From Verrucomicrobiia bacterium (GTDB taxonomy: Bacteria; Methylomirabilota; Methylomirabilia; Rokubacteriales; CSP1-6): a stretch of DNA of 64,000 nucleotides. Shown piece by piece: positions 1 through 8,867 of this stretch. A model generated the notes under the pieces. The model was not told the DNA's origin. It was given only the letters and a program-made list of their open reading frames with translations, and made no database searches. Made by a program: the position numbers and the translations under genes. The stretch is taken from assembly GCA_035495415.1 (NCBI GenBank), contig DATJFY010000047.1, positions 149,366 to 213,365 of the forward strand, read 5' to 3'. Positions within the stretch are counted from its first letter, which is position 1. Every line of letters begins with the position of its first letter.

Positions 1-645
1 CCGCTCGGCGTGCTGCGCGAAGGAGGCGACATGCTCGCGTCCGGCGAGTTGCTCGTGCACCTGGCCGCCAGCCTCAAGCGCCTGGTGCTGGGCTTCGTCA
101 TCGGCGGCGTGGCAGGGATCGCGGTGGGCATCGTCGTGGGGGTGTTCTCGGTGGCCGAGGCGGTCGGGACGCCCCTCATCGCCGCCACCTTTCCCATTCC
201 CAAGATCGCGCTGCTACCGTTGCTCATCCTCTGGCTCGGCATCGGCGAGTCGTCGAAGGTCGCGGTGATCGCCCTCGGCGTGTTCTTCCCCCTCGCGCTC
301 AACACCTACGCGGGGGCGCGGCAGGTGGATCCGGTGCTGGTGCGCGCGGCAGTGGCGTTCGGAGCCGGGCGCTGGAGTGTGATCCGCAAGGTCATCGTGC
401 CCTCCACGCTGCCCATGGTCTTCGCGGGGCTCAAGCTCGGCGCGGGCACCGCGCTGCTGCTGCTGGTGGCCGCGGAGATGATTGCGGTGGAATCGGGGAT
501 CGGCTTCCTGGTCTTGAATGCGGCCAATCTGATGGCCACGACCAAGCTCATGGTGGGCATCGTGCTGCTGTCGGCTCTGGGCGTGCTCTCGCACTGGGGC
601 CTGGTGGCGCTGGAGCGCCTGGTACTACCCTGGCGCGAAGGGTGA
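1..645 (+). CDS. ABC transporter permease, NitT/TauT (SsuC/TauC-like) family; 5' end lies outside the window
   Basis: The frame is open from base 1 (ORF track 10..645). The protein is multi-TM and carries the conserved permease loop AAEMIAVESGIGFLV typical of this family. An NMT1-type binding-protein gene follows on the same strand. Confidence 0.8.
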   Translation, partial: PLGVLREGGDMLASGELLVHLAASLKRLVLGFVIGGVAGIAVGIVVGVFSVAEAVGTPLIAATFPIPKIALLPLLILWLGIGESSKVAVIALGVFFPLALNTYAGARQVDPVLVRAAVAFGAGRWSVIRKVIVPSTLPMVFAGLKLGAGTALLLLVAAEMIAVESGIGFLVLNAANLMATTKLMVGIVLLSALGVLSHWGLVALERLVLPWREG

Positions 646-664
646 AGCGGTCGGTCGGCGCCGA

Positions 665-841
665 TCAGACCAGATTGCCGGCCTTCAGCAACATCCACAC
701 GCCGATCGCGATCACGAGCCACACGGCGGCACCCATGGTGATGCCGAGCACGAGGCCCCGAGCCGCGTCGAACCTCCGATCCGTACGCGAGGCGTGCATG
801 ATCGGCTTGAGCAGCAATATCCAGACCAGCCACGTAAACAC
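665..841 (-). CDS. hypothetical small membrane protein (58 aa, two predicted TM helices)
   Basis: Below the ORF-track size cutoff. Hand translation from GTG 841 to TGA 665 gives MFTWLVWILLLKPIMHASRTDRRFDAARGLVLGITMGAAVWLVIAIGVWMLLKAGNLV. That is two hydrophobic helices separated by a basic loop. 51/58 codons end in G/C. There is no convincing SD. The opposite-strand ORF 642..845 shares the same third positions, so GC3 alone cannot decide between them. Confidence 0.4.
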   Translation of the reverse strand: MFTWLVWILLLKPIMHASRTDRRFDAARGLVLGITMGAAVWLVIAIGVWMLLKAGNLV

Positions 842-945
842 CTGATTCGAATGAAAAATGACGGCACCCTCCCTCTATAGTGCCGGGAAGCGCTCATCCG
901 ACCTGTAATCTCTGCCGACAGGCAGGTCGTGATAGCCTAGCCCGC

Positions 946-1974
946 ATGACTCGACTCCTGGCTTTCCTCATGATCGCCCTCGTGATGACCGCCCCCTATC
1001 TCGCCCCGACCGCGACCGACGCGCAGACCAAGGTCAAGGTCGGCGTGCTCAAGCTCACGTCCTCGGCCCCGATTTTCGTGGGGGTGGAGAAGGGTTTCTT
1101 CAAGGAGTTCGGGGTCGAGCCCGAGCTGGTCTACTTCCAGGCCGCTGCCCCTATCGCCACCGCGCTGGCCGCCGGCCAGGTAGAGGTCGGCGCCACCGGC
1201 CTCACCGCGGCGCTCTACAACATCGTGCTGCAGGGCGAGAAGCTCTGGATCGTGGCCGACAAGGGCCGCGAGTGGCCGGGCTTCCCGCTGGTGGGCATCC
1301 TGGTGCAGAAGGAGCTATGGGATGCCGGTAAGGTCCGGTCGATCCGCGACCTCAAGGGCCGCAGCATCGGCGTGACCCAGCTCGGGTCGACCTTTCACTT
1401 CCAGATCGGCAACATCCTCGAGAAGGAAGGCCTTGCGCTTTCCGACGTGCGGATCGTTCCGCTCCAGGCGATGCCGGCCACGATGGAAGCGCTCAAGGGC
1501 AAGCAGGTGGATGCGATCCTCGTGGCGCAGCCCTTTCCCGGCGCCGCCGAGGCCGCGGGCTTCGGCAAGGTCCTGGCCTGGGCGGGTGATCTCTACCCGT
1601 GGCAGATCGCGGCCATCTTCTATTCGAAGGGCTTCGCGGCGGATCGCGCGCGGGCGGTGGCCTTCATGAAGGGGTACGCCAAGGCCTCGCGCTACTACTT
1701 CGACGCCGCCCTCGTGCAGAAGGACGGCAAGGTCGTGCCCGGTGCCGCGTACGAGGAGGTCGTGGAGATCACCGCGCGCTACACCGGGGCCAAGCCCGAG
1801 GTGATCAGACTCGGGCTCCCGTACCAGGACCGCAACGGCCGGCTCTACGTCCCCGACATCGAAAAGCAAATCGCCTGGTGGGTGAAGCACGGGTTCATGA
1901 AGGAGGCGCTGCCCGTCAAGGACGTCGTGGATTCGTCCTTTCTGGAAGACGCGCTGAAGCAGCTGGGCGGGTGA
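946..1974 (+). CDS. ABC transporter substrate-binding protein, NMT1/THI5-like (NitT/TauT family)
   Basis: ORF track 880..1974. The internal ATG at 946 starts a Sec-type signal peptide, MTRLLAFLMIALVMTAPYLAPTATDAQ. The mature part resembles aliphatic-sulfonate/NMT1-type binding proteins. Confidence 0.85.
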   Translation: MTRLLAFLMIALVMTAPYLAPTATDAQTKVKVGVLKLTSSAPIFVGVEKGFFKEFGVEPELVYFQAAAPIATALAAGQVEVGATGLTAALYNIVLQGEKLWIVADKGREWPGFPLVGILVQKELWDAGKVRSIRDLKGRSIGVTQLGSTFHFQIGNILEKEGLALSDVRIVPLQAMPATMEALKGKQVDAILVAQPFPGAAEAAGFGKVLAWAGDLYPWQIAAIFYSKGFAADRARAVAFMKGYAKASRYYFDAALVQKDGKVVPGAAYEEVVEITARYTGAKPEVIRLGLPYQDRNGRLYVPDIEKQIAWWVKHGFMKEALPVKDVVDSSFLEDALKQLGG

Positions 1975-1987
1975 GCGCGCCGCGGCG

Positions 1988-2016
1988 TTGCCGCGTCCGT
2001 AGCCCCCTGCTATGAT
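1988..2016 (+). promoter_or_regulatory. candidate sigma70-like promoter (TTGCCG-17-TATGAT) upstream of the biotin carboxylase gene
   Basis: -35 TTGCCG at 1988-1993, a 17-nt spacer, and -10 TATGAT at 2011-2016. The expected TSS near 2023 lies downstream of the called GTG at 2020 and just upstream of the in-frame GTG at 2026. Confidence 0.3.
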
Positions 2017-2019
2017 TCT

Positions 2020-3524
<1,505 letters not shown>

Positions 3525-3528
<4 letters not shown>

Positions 3529-4022
3529 AGTTCCAGGCCGAGCTCGACGGCGCACTGAGCCCTGTGGAGGTGGAGGGGGAGGCCGGGCACTATCGCGTCC
3601 GCGTCGACGGCGAGAGCCTCGAGGTCGACGCGCGGCGCGTCGGCGAGGGCCTCTGGTCGCTGCTGCTCGGCGGCGAATCCATCATGGCCGAGATCAGCGA
3701 CGAGGACGGCGTGTCGGTGGTGCGCGTGGACGGGGAGACCTACCGCATCCGGGTCGAGGAGGAGTCGCGCTACCTCATCCGGACGCGCGGCGGCACCGTC
3801 GCGGGGCGTGGTCAGGTCCTCAAGGCCCCGATGCCGGGGCGGGTGGTGCTCATCATGGTCGCGGTGGGCCAGCGCGTGCAGAAGGGCGACGGCCTCGTGA
3901 TCCTGGAAGCCATGAAGATGGAAAACGAGTTCCGCGCCTCCGGCGAGGGAACGGTGAAGGAGATCCGCGTCCAGGCCGGCCAAGCCGTGAACCCGGGCGA
4001 CGTGCTGCTGGTGATCGAGTAG
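3525..4022 (+). CDS. biotin carboxyl carrier protein (biotinyl/lipoyl domain)
   Basis: C-terminal biotinylation motif [10 protein letters not shown] inside a biotinyl-domain sequence. ATG 3525 overlaps the accC stop (ATGA). An alternative GTG lies at 3510. Confidence 0.85.
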
Positions 4023-4024
4023 GC

Positions 4025-4762
4025 ATGGCGGCCGCCATCGAGTTCGCGGGCGTCAACAAGTGGTTCGGTCCACTGCACGTCCTCGCCGACGTCAGCCTCG
4101 ACGTGGGGGCGGGCGAGGTGATCGTGGTCTGCGGGCCGTCCGGCTCCGGGAAGAGCACCCTCATCCGCTGTGTCAACCGCCTCGAGCCGATCCAAAGCGG
4201 CGACATCAAGGTGCACGGCAAGTCCATCACCGCCTCCGACGTGAACCTCTCGCGTCTGCGCGCGGAGGTGGGGATGGTCTTCCAGTCCTTCAACCTGTTC
4301 CCGCACATGACGGTGCTGCAGAACATTACACTGGCCCCCGTGAAGGTGAAGGGGCTCGCGCGCGCCGAGGCCGAGAAGATCGCCCGCGGCCTCCTCGACC
4401 GCGTGCGCATTCCCGACAAGGCCGACAAGTATCCCGCCAATCTCTCCGGCGGCCAGCAGCAGCGAGTGGCCATCGCGCGCGCCCTCGCCATGCAGCCCCG
4501 CATCATGCTGTTCGACGAGCCGACCTCCGCGCTGGATCCCGAGATGATCAACGAGGTGCTCGAGGTCATGACGGATCTCGCGAAGGACGGCATGACCATG
4601 ATGGTGGTGACGCACGAGATGGGCTTCGCCCGCCGCGTCGCGCACCGCGTGGTGTTCATGGACGCTGGCCGCGTCGTCGAGGTTCAGACTCCCGAGGCGT
4701 TCTTCGCCGCGCCCCGCTCGGAGCGCGCGAAGGACTTTCTGTCCAAGATCCTGTCCCACTAA
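4025..4762 (+). CDS. polar amino acid ABC transporter ATP-binding protein (GlnQ/HisP-like)
   Basis: C-terminal part of ORF 3137..4762, starting at ATG 4025 ([15 protein letters not shown]). Walker [10 protein letters not shown], signature [15 protein letters not shown] and Walker [12 protein letters not shown] are present. Confidence 0.9.
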   Translation: MAAAIEFAGVNKWFGPLHVLADVSLDVGAGEVIVVCGPSGSGKSTLIRCVNRLEPIQSGDIKVHGKSITASDVNLSRLRAEVGMVFQSFNLFPHMTVLQNITLAPVKVKGLARAEAEKIARGLLDRVRIPDKADKYPANLSGGQQQRVAIARALAMQPRIMLFDEPTSALDPEMINEVLEVMTDLAKDGMTMMVVTHEMGFARRVAHRVVFMDAGRVVEVQTPEAFFAAPRSERAKDFLSKILSH

Positions 4763-4786
4763 GCCATGCCTTCAAGGAGGCCCTGC

Positions 4787-5653
4787 ATGAAGCGTGTCAT
4801 CGGATTGCTCACCGCCGTTGCCCTGCTCGCCGCCGGAGTCGTACCGGTAGCCGCGCAGCAGCTGACCGGCACCCTCGAGAAGATCAGCCAGTCCGGCGTG
4901 CTCACCATCGGCACCCGCACCGGCTCGCCGCCCTTCGCGTACGTCAACGCGAAGAACGAGTGGGTCGGCTTCTCCATCGATCTCGTCGACGAGCTGGTGA
5001 AGCCGGCGATCGAGAGGAAGGTGGGCAAGCCCATCAAGGTCGAGAAGAAGGAATCCACGCCGCCCACCCGCATCCCGCTTCTCACGTCGAACGCGGTGGA
5101 TCTCATCGCGGGCACGATGACGGACACGCGGACCCGGCGGGAGAGCGTGGACTTCTCCGTCACGTTCTTCGTGACCGGCGCCCAGTTCCTCGTGAAGAAG
5201 GGCAGCCCGATCAAGGGCATCCAGAACATCGACGGCAAGCGGATCGCCGCCCAGCAGGGCTCGACGAACGCGCGCATCATCCGCGAGAAGGCGCCCAAGG
5301 CGCAGCTGCGCGAGTTCCCCGACCAGCCGGCGGCCTTCCAGGCCCTGCTCCAGGGACAGGTCGACGCCTACACCAACGACGGCATCCAGCTCGCCGGCCT
5401 CAAGGTCAAGGCGCCGAACCCGGGGCAGTGGGACGTGGTCGGTGACTTCTTCTCCTACGAGCCGTACGGCATGGCCATGCGGAAGGGCGACGCCGACTTC
5501 CGCGCCGTCGTGAACGCCGGCCTCATGGAGGGCATCGAGTCCGGCAAGTACTTCGAGATCTACGACAGGTGGTTCGGCGCCAAGGGCGAGCTGCCGTATC
5601 CCATGAGCGCGGCGGTGCGGTCGTTCATGATCTATCAGGTGGTGCCGAAGTAA
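4787..5653 (+). CDS. amino acid ABC transporter substrate-binding protein (family 3)
   Basis: ORF 4766..5653. The internal ATG at 4787 gives the signal peptide MKRVIGLLTAVALLAAGVVPVAAQQ. The mature sequence is typical of Glu/Gln/Asp-type binding proteins (GTRTGSPPFAY..., IAAQQGSTN...). Confidence 0.85.
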   Translation: MKRVIGLLTAVALLAAGVVPVAAQQLTGTLEKISQSGVLTIGTRTGSPPFAYVNAKNEWVGFSIDLVDELVKPAIERKVGKPIKVEKKESTPPTRIPLLTSNAVDLIAGTMTDTRTRRESVDFSVTFFVTGAQFLVKKGSPIKGIQNIDGKRIAAQQGSTNARIIREKAPKAQLREFPDQPAAFQALLQGQVDAYTNDGIQLAGLKVKAPNPGQWDVVGDFFSYEPYGMAMRKGDADFRAVVNAGLMEGIESGKYFEIYDRWFGAKGELPYPMSAAVRSFMIYQVVPK

Positions 5654-5684
5654 CACACCGGTAACTGGTCGCGATGTCGGCGCC

Positions 5685-5760
5685 GGGTCGGGAGCCGGGG
5701 GACACACTCGCTTGCTCAGTGAAGCATTGCGCCGCGAGCGTGCCCCCCGGCCCCCGCCCC
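5685..5760 (+). promoter_or_regulatory. long intercistronic RNA stem-loop between the binding-protein and permease genes
   Basis: Arms GCCGGGGGACACACTCGC (5694-5711) and GCGAGCGTGCCCCCCGGC (5734-5751) pair at 16/18 positions with a 22-nt loop. Flanking GGGTCGGG (5685-5692) and CCCGCCCC (5753-5760) extend the helix. No U-tract follows. Confidence 0.5.
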
Positions 5761-5830
5761 GTCGCAGCGCCTCTCCCCCATTACACAAATAGTCCTTCCC
5801 CCGTCCCCAGTTGATCGGATCGCGACGCGC

Positions 5831-6556
5831 ATGAATTACCGGTTCGAGTGGTCGGTGTTGTGGACGGGGCAGTCGGGGCAGTGGCTGCTCAGCGGTCTCA
5901 TTACCACGCTCGAGCTTTCCCTGTGCGCGTGGCTGCTCGCCCTGGCGCTCGGGATCGCGTCGGGCGCGATGCGGACCGTGCCGTATCGCGCCCTGCGCGC
6001 GGCGGCGACGTTCTACGTGGAGTTCTTCCGGAACGTGCCGCTGCTGGTGTGGATGTTCTTCTGGTACTTCGCGGCGCCCCCGCTGCTCCCCGAGGTGGTG
6101 CGGGAGTGGCTGTTCGGGCACGGGCTCGAGTTCTGGGCGGCGGTGTGCGCGCTGGGGGTGTACAGCGGCGCGCGCTTCTCCGAGGTGCTGCGCTCGGGCA
6201 TCCAGTCGATTCCCCGCACGCAGCTCGAGGCCTCGGTGGCCTCCGGCCTCACCGTGGTGCAGGCGTATCGCTACGTGATCCTCCCCATCGCGCTCCGACT
6301 CATCATCCCTCCCGGCACGAACGAGTCCCTGAACCTCCTCAAGAACTCGTCGGTGGCCCTCACCATCAGCGTGGCCGAGCTGACCTTCCAGACCCGCCAG
6401 ATCGAGACGTACACCGCCAAGGCGATCGAGGCCCTCACCGCCGGCACGGTGATCTACCTCGTGCTCTGTCTCTCGCTCTCGGCTTTCATGGGCTGGGTGG
6501 AGCGGCGAACCGCGATTCCCGGGCTGATCGCGGGCGGGCGGCGGCGGCGCGCATGA
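5831..6556 (+). CDS. amino acid ABC transporter permease (His/Glu/Gln/Arg/opine family)
   Basis: ORF track 5831..6556. The protein is multi-TM with the conserved permease loop region, and it follows the ATPase and binding-protein genes. Confidence 0.9.
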   Translation: MNYRFEWSVLWTGQSGQWLLSGLITTLELSLCAWLLALALGIASGAMRTVPYRALRAAATFYVEFFRNVPLLVWMFFWYFAAPPLLPEVVREWLFGHGLEFWAAVCALGVYSGARFSEVLRSGIQSIPRTQLEASVASGLTVVQAYRYVILPIALRLIIPPGTNESLNLLKNSSVALTISVAELTFQTRQIETYTAKAIEALTAGTVIYLVLCLSLSAFMGWVERRTAIPGLIAGGRRRRA

Positions 6557-7233
6557 GCCTCGATCTCGGCGTCATCTGGCGGAACCTCGACTTCCTGCTC
6601 GTCCAGGGCTTCTTGGGCTTCGGGGCCTTCGTGGGCGGCACGCTGCGCCTGGCCATTCCCTCCATCGTGCTGGGCTTCCTTCTCGGCATCGTCATCGGCC
6701 TCGCCCGCCTGTCGCCGCGAGCGTGGATCCGCATCCCCGCCACCATCTACGTCGAGTTCTTCCGGGGCGTCCCCCTCGTCATGGTGATCTTCTGGATCTG
6801 GTTCATCCTCCCGATCCTGCTCCGGACCAAGATCCCCGAGTTCGGCGTGGCGCTGACCGCCTTCGTGATCTTCGAGGCGGCGTATCTGGGCGAGATCGTG
6901 CGTGCGGGCATCCAGTCGGTGGCGCGCGGGCAGGTGGAGGCGGCGACCGCGCTGGGTCTTCGGTCTGGCGGCACCATGCGCTTCGTGGTGCTGCCGCAGG
7001 CCCTCAAGAACATGATCCCGTCTCTTGTCACCCAGTTCATCGTGCTCTTCAAGGACACGTCGCTGGCGTCCATCATCGGCTTCATGGACCTCACCAAGGC
7101 CGCGCAGGTCGTGAACAATCGCGAGATCCGTCCCTTCGAGCTCTACCTCTTCATCGCCGTGGTGTACTGGGTGTGCACGTATTCGATGTCCCGCTACGCC
7201 CGCTCGCTGGAGAAGAGGCTGGGCCCTGCCTGA
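6553..7233 (+). CDS. amino acid ABC transporter permease (second subunit)
   Basis: C-terminal part of ORF 5848..7233, starting at ATG 6553 (MSLDLGVIWRNLDFLL). There is an ATGA overlap with the previous permease stop. The EAA-type loop EAAYLGEIVRAGIQSV is present. Confidence 0.9.
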   Translation: MSLDLGVIWRNLDFLLVQGFLGFGAFVGGTLRLAIPSIVLGFLLGIVIGLARLSPRAWIRIPATIYVEFFRGVPLVMVIFWIWFILPILLRTKIPEFGVALTAFVIFEAAYLGEIVRAGIQSVARGQVEAATALGLRSGGTMRFVVLPQALKNMIPSLVTQFIVLFKDTSLASIIGFMDLTKAAQVVNNREIRPFELYLFIAVVYWVCTYSMSRYARSLEKRLGPA

Positions 7234-7300
7234 GACCGTCCTGCCCTCCGGCGTCCGGCTGCATTGGCGCGAGGCGGGTGATCCGAGCCGGCCGCCGCTC

Positions 7301-8050
7301 GTGTGGATTCACGGGGGCTCCGTGGAGGAGTCCTCGGTGATGCGGCCCGACGTGGAGCCCTTTCTCGGCCGGGTGCGCGCCCTGCTCCCGGACACCCGCG
7401 GCCACGGCCGCTCCAGCAAGTTCGAGCGGCCGGAAGACTATACCTACGCCCGCAAGGCCGGGGATCTCGGCGCCTGGCTGGACGCGCTCGGTGTGGGCGC
7501 GGCGGTGTGGGGCGGCGCCTCGATGGGGGCAGCCCTGTCGCTCTGGATGGCGGTGCACGAGCCTGCGCGCGTCCGGGGCGTCATCTCGATCAGCGGGCCT
7601 CCCTACGAGCCCCCGCCCGAGGACAAGGCGTGGTGGCAGGCCCATCGGCCCCTCGTTGCGGCGGGACGCTTCGACGAGTACTTCGACGCCAACCTGCGCC
7701 TGCGCATGGGCGAGACGGCGCTGGCACGGCTCAAGGCGCGCCCCTTGCGCTACGCCGAGCTCACCGGGGTGCTCCGGCGCCACTCGGTAGCGTCGCTGCT
7801 CGCGCTCCTCGATGAGACCTATTCGCGCGGCGACTGGCTGGCCGAGTGCGCGCGTATTCGATGCCCCGTGCAGATCATCGCGGGCGCGGACGACCGCTTC
7901 CCCACCGTGGCGATGTCGGAGCGGCTTGCCGCCACCATCCCCGGCGCCCGTCTGCACGTCGTCGCGGGCGGGCCGCACTTCCCGAATCGCACGCATCGCG
8001 CCGAGGTGCAGGGTGTGATGGACGGGTTTCTCCGCTCGCTCGGCATCTAA
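7301..8050 (+). CDS. alpha/beta-fold hydrolase (start codon uncertain)
   Basis: Oxyanion region WIHGGS and nucleophile elbow GASMG are present. GTG 7301 is the first ATG/GTG in frame. Family-like sequence continues upstream (ETVLPSGVRLHWREAGDPSRPPLV, read from codon 7232; I did not locate the preceding in-frame stop). The true start is therefore probably non-canonical (CTG 7241 or 7226). Confidence 0.75.
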   Translation: MWIHGGSVEESSVMRPDVEPFLGRVRALLPDTRGHGRSSKFERPEDYTYARKAGDLGAWLDALGVGAAVWGGASMGAALSLWMAVHEPARVRGVISISGPPYEPPPEDKAWWQAHRPLVAAGRFDEYFDANLRLRMGETALARLKARPLRYAELTGVLRRHSVASLLALLDETYSRGDWLAECARIRCPVQIIAGADDRFPTVAMSERLAATIPGARLHVVAGGPHFPNRTHRAEVQGVMDGFLRSLGI

Positions 8051-8076
8051 GACGACGCCGCGTCGTTCCGCTGTTG

Positions 8077-8106
8077 TTGCGACTCCCCAGACCCGCGTGC
8101 TACGCT
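8077..8106 (+). promoter_or_regulatory. candidate promoter (TTGCGA-18-TACGCT) for the small membrane protein pair
   Basis: -35 at 8077-8082, an 18-nt spacer, and -10 at 8101-8106. A GAGGG SD at 8127-8131 lies 6 nt before ATG 8138. Confidence 0.3.
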
Positions 8107-8137
8107 CACACGCCATGTGGAACCGTGAGGGCGCACG

Positions 8138-8470
8138 ATGAGCCGGCTGGCGCGCTGGCAGACTTGGGTAATCGTGGCCTCCGCGCTCACGGTGCTGCTC
8201 GCGGTGGAGGACTTGTTCTTGTTCGAGCGCAATCGCACGCTCCAGGCGCAGGTCGCCAATCGTCAGATGTTCCTGCAGCGCGCGAATCAGCTCGAGGTCC
8301 TGCACCGCGAACTCGTGAACGCCATCACCACGCTGGCCGCGCGCAACAACGATGCCGCCCTTCGGGCGGTCCTCGAGCAGGCGCCCGCGCCGAGCGCGCC
8401 GCCCACGGGGCCGTCCGCGCCTTCCCCCGCGCCGTCCGTCCCCGCGCCCGCCGCGGGGAGCGGGCGCTGA
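8138..8470 (+). CDS. hypothetical bitopic membrane protein with Pro/Ala/Ser-rich tail
   Basis: ORF track. One TM helix (WQTWVIVASALTVLLAV), a Gln/Arg/Leu-rich helical segment and then the tail APAPSAPPTGPSAPSPAPSVPAPAA. The gene has its own SD and a candidate promoter. Confidence 0.55.
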   Translation: MSRLARWQTWVIVASALTVLLAVEDLFLFERNRTLQAQVANRQMFLQRANQLEVLHRELVNAITTLAARNNDAALRAVLEQAPAPSAPPTGPSAPSPAPSVPAPAAGSGR

Positions 8471-8479
8471 GCGCCAGCC

Positions 8480-8857
8480 GTGACGTCTGACGAACTACTC
8501 CTCGAGACCGAGCCTCCCTCGCCGCGGCCGGCGGCGCCTCCGAGTCCCTGGGCGGCGGTGGTGCTCCTCGTCCTCGCCATGCTGATCTGGTTCGGCTACC
8601 AGGCCTGGAATCTCCAGCGCGAGTACCAGAGTCTCCAGGTGACCCATGCCGGCCAGGAGGGGCCTCTCGATCAGGCGCGTCGCCGTCAGGCGCAGCTCGA
8701 GACGACCGCGCGCCGGGTCTACGCGCTGTCCCAGCAGGGAAATCCTGGCGCGACCCTCATCGTCCAGGAGCTCGCCCGGCGCGGCGTCAACTTCTCCGCC
8801 GGGTCTCCGCCCGCCGCCCCGTCGACGTCTGCCCCGCCCGCCGCCCCGACGAAGTAG
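8480..8857 (+). CDS. hypothetical bitopic membrane protein, same architecture as the upstream gene
   Basis: ORF track. Pro-rich N-terminus, TM helix (WAAVVLLVLAMLIWFGY), a Gln/Arg-rich helix and then the tail GSPPAAPSTSAPPAAPTK. It starts 9 nt after the previous stop. Confidence 0.55.
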   Translation: MTSDELLLETEPPSPRPAAPPSPWAAVVLLVLAMLIWFGYQAWNLQREYQSLQVTHAGQEGPLDQARRRQAQLETTARRVYALSQQGNPGATLIVQELARRGVNFSAGSPPAAPSTSAPPAAPTK

Positions 8858-8867
8858 CGGCTCGCGG

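Noticed and set aside
642-845. Plus-strand 67-aa ORF starting with a GTGA overlap on the permease stop.
   Set aside because: The product is Ser/Thr/His/Pro-rich and featureless. It is the exact antisense (shared third positions) of a much more protein-like two-TM ORF. This remains an open alternative rather than being fully excluded.
842-945. A TPP riboswitch upstream of the NMT1/THI5-like binding-protein gene.
   Set aside because: NMT1/THI5-family genes are sometimes TPP-regulated, and the region has a small hairpin (CTGCC-GACA-GGCAG). However, the conserved CUGAGA element and the ACCUGAUCUGGAUAAUGCCAGCG-like pyrimidine-sensor helix are absent.
5683-5832. 49-codon plus-strand ORF (MSAPGREPGDTLACSVKH...) in the binding-protein/permease gap.
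   Set aside because: It runs straight through both arms of the large stem-loop, is Pro-rich, and has no SD. The RNA-structure interpretation explains the sequence better.
8051-8075. Hairpin ACGACG-CCG-CGTCGT after the hydrolase stop, considered as an intrinsic terminator.
   Set aside because: It has only a 6-bp stem with a 3-nt loop. The downstream T content is modest (TCCGCTGTTGTTG). That is too weak to call.
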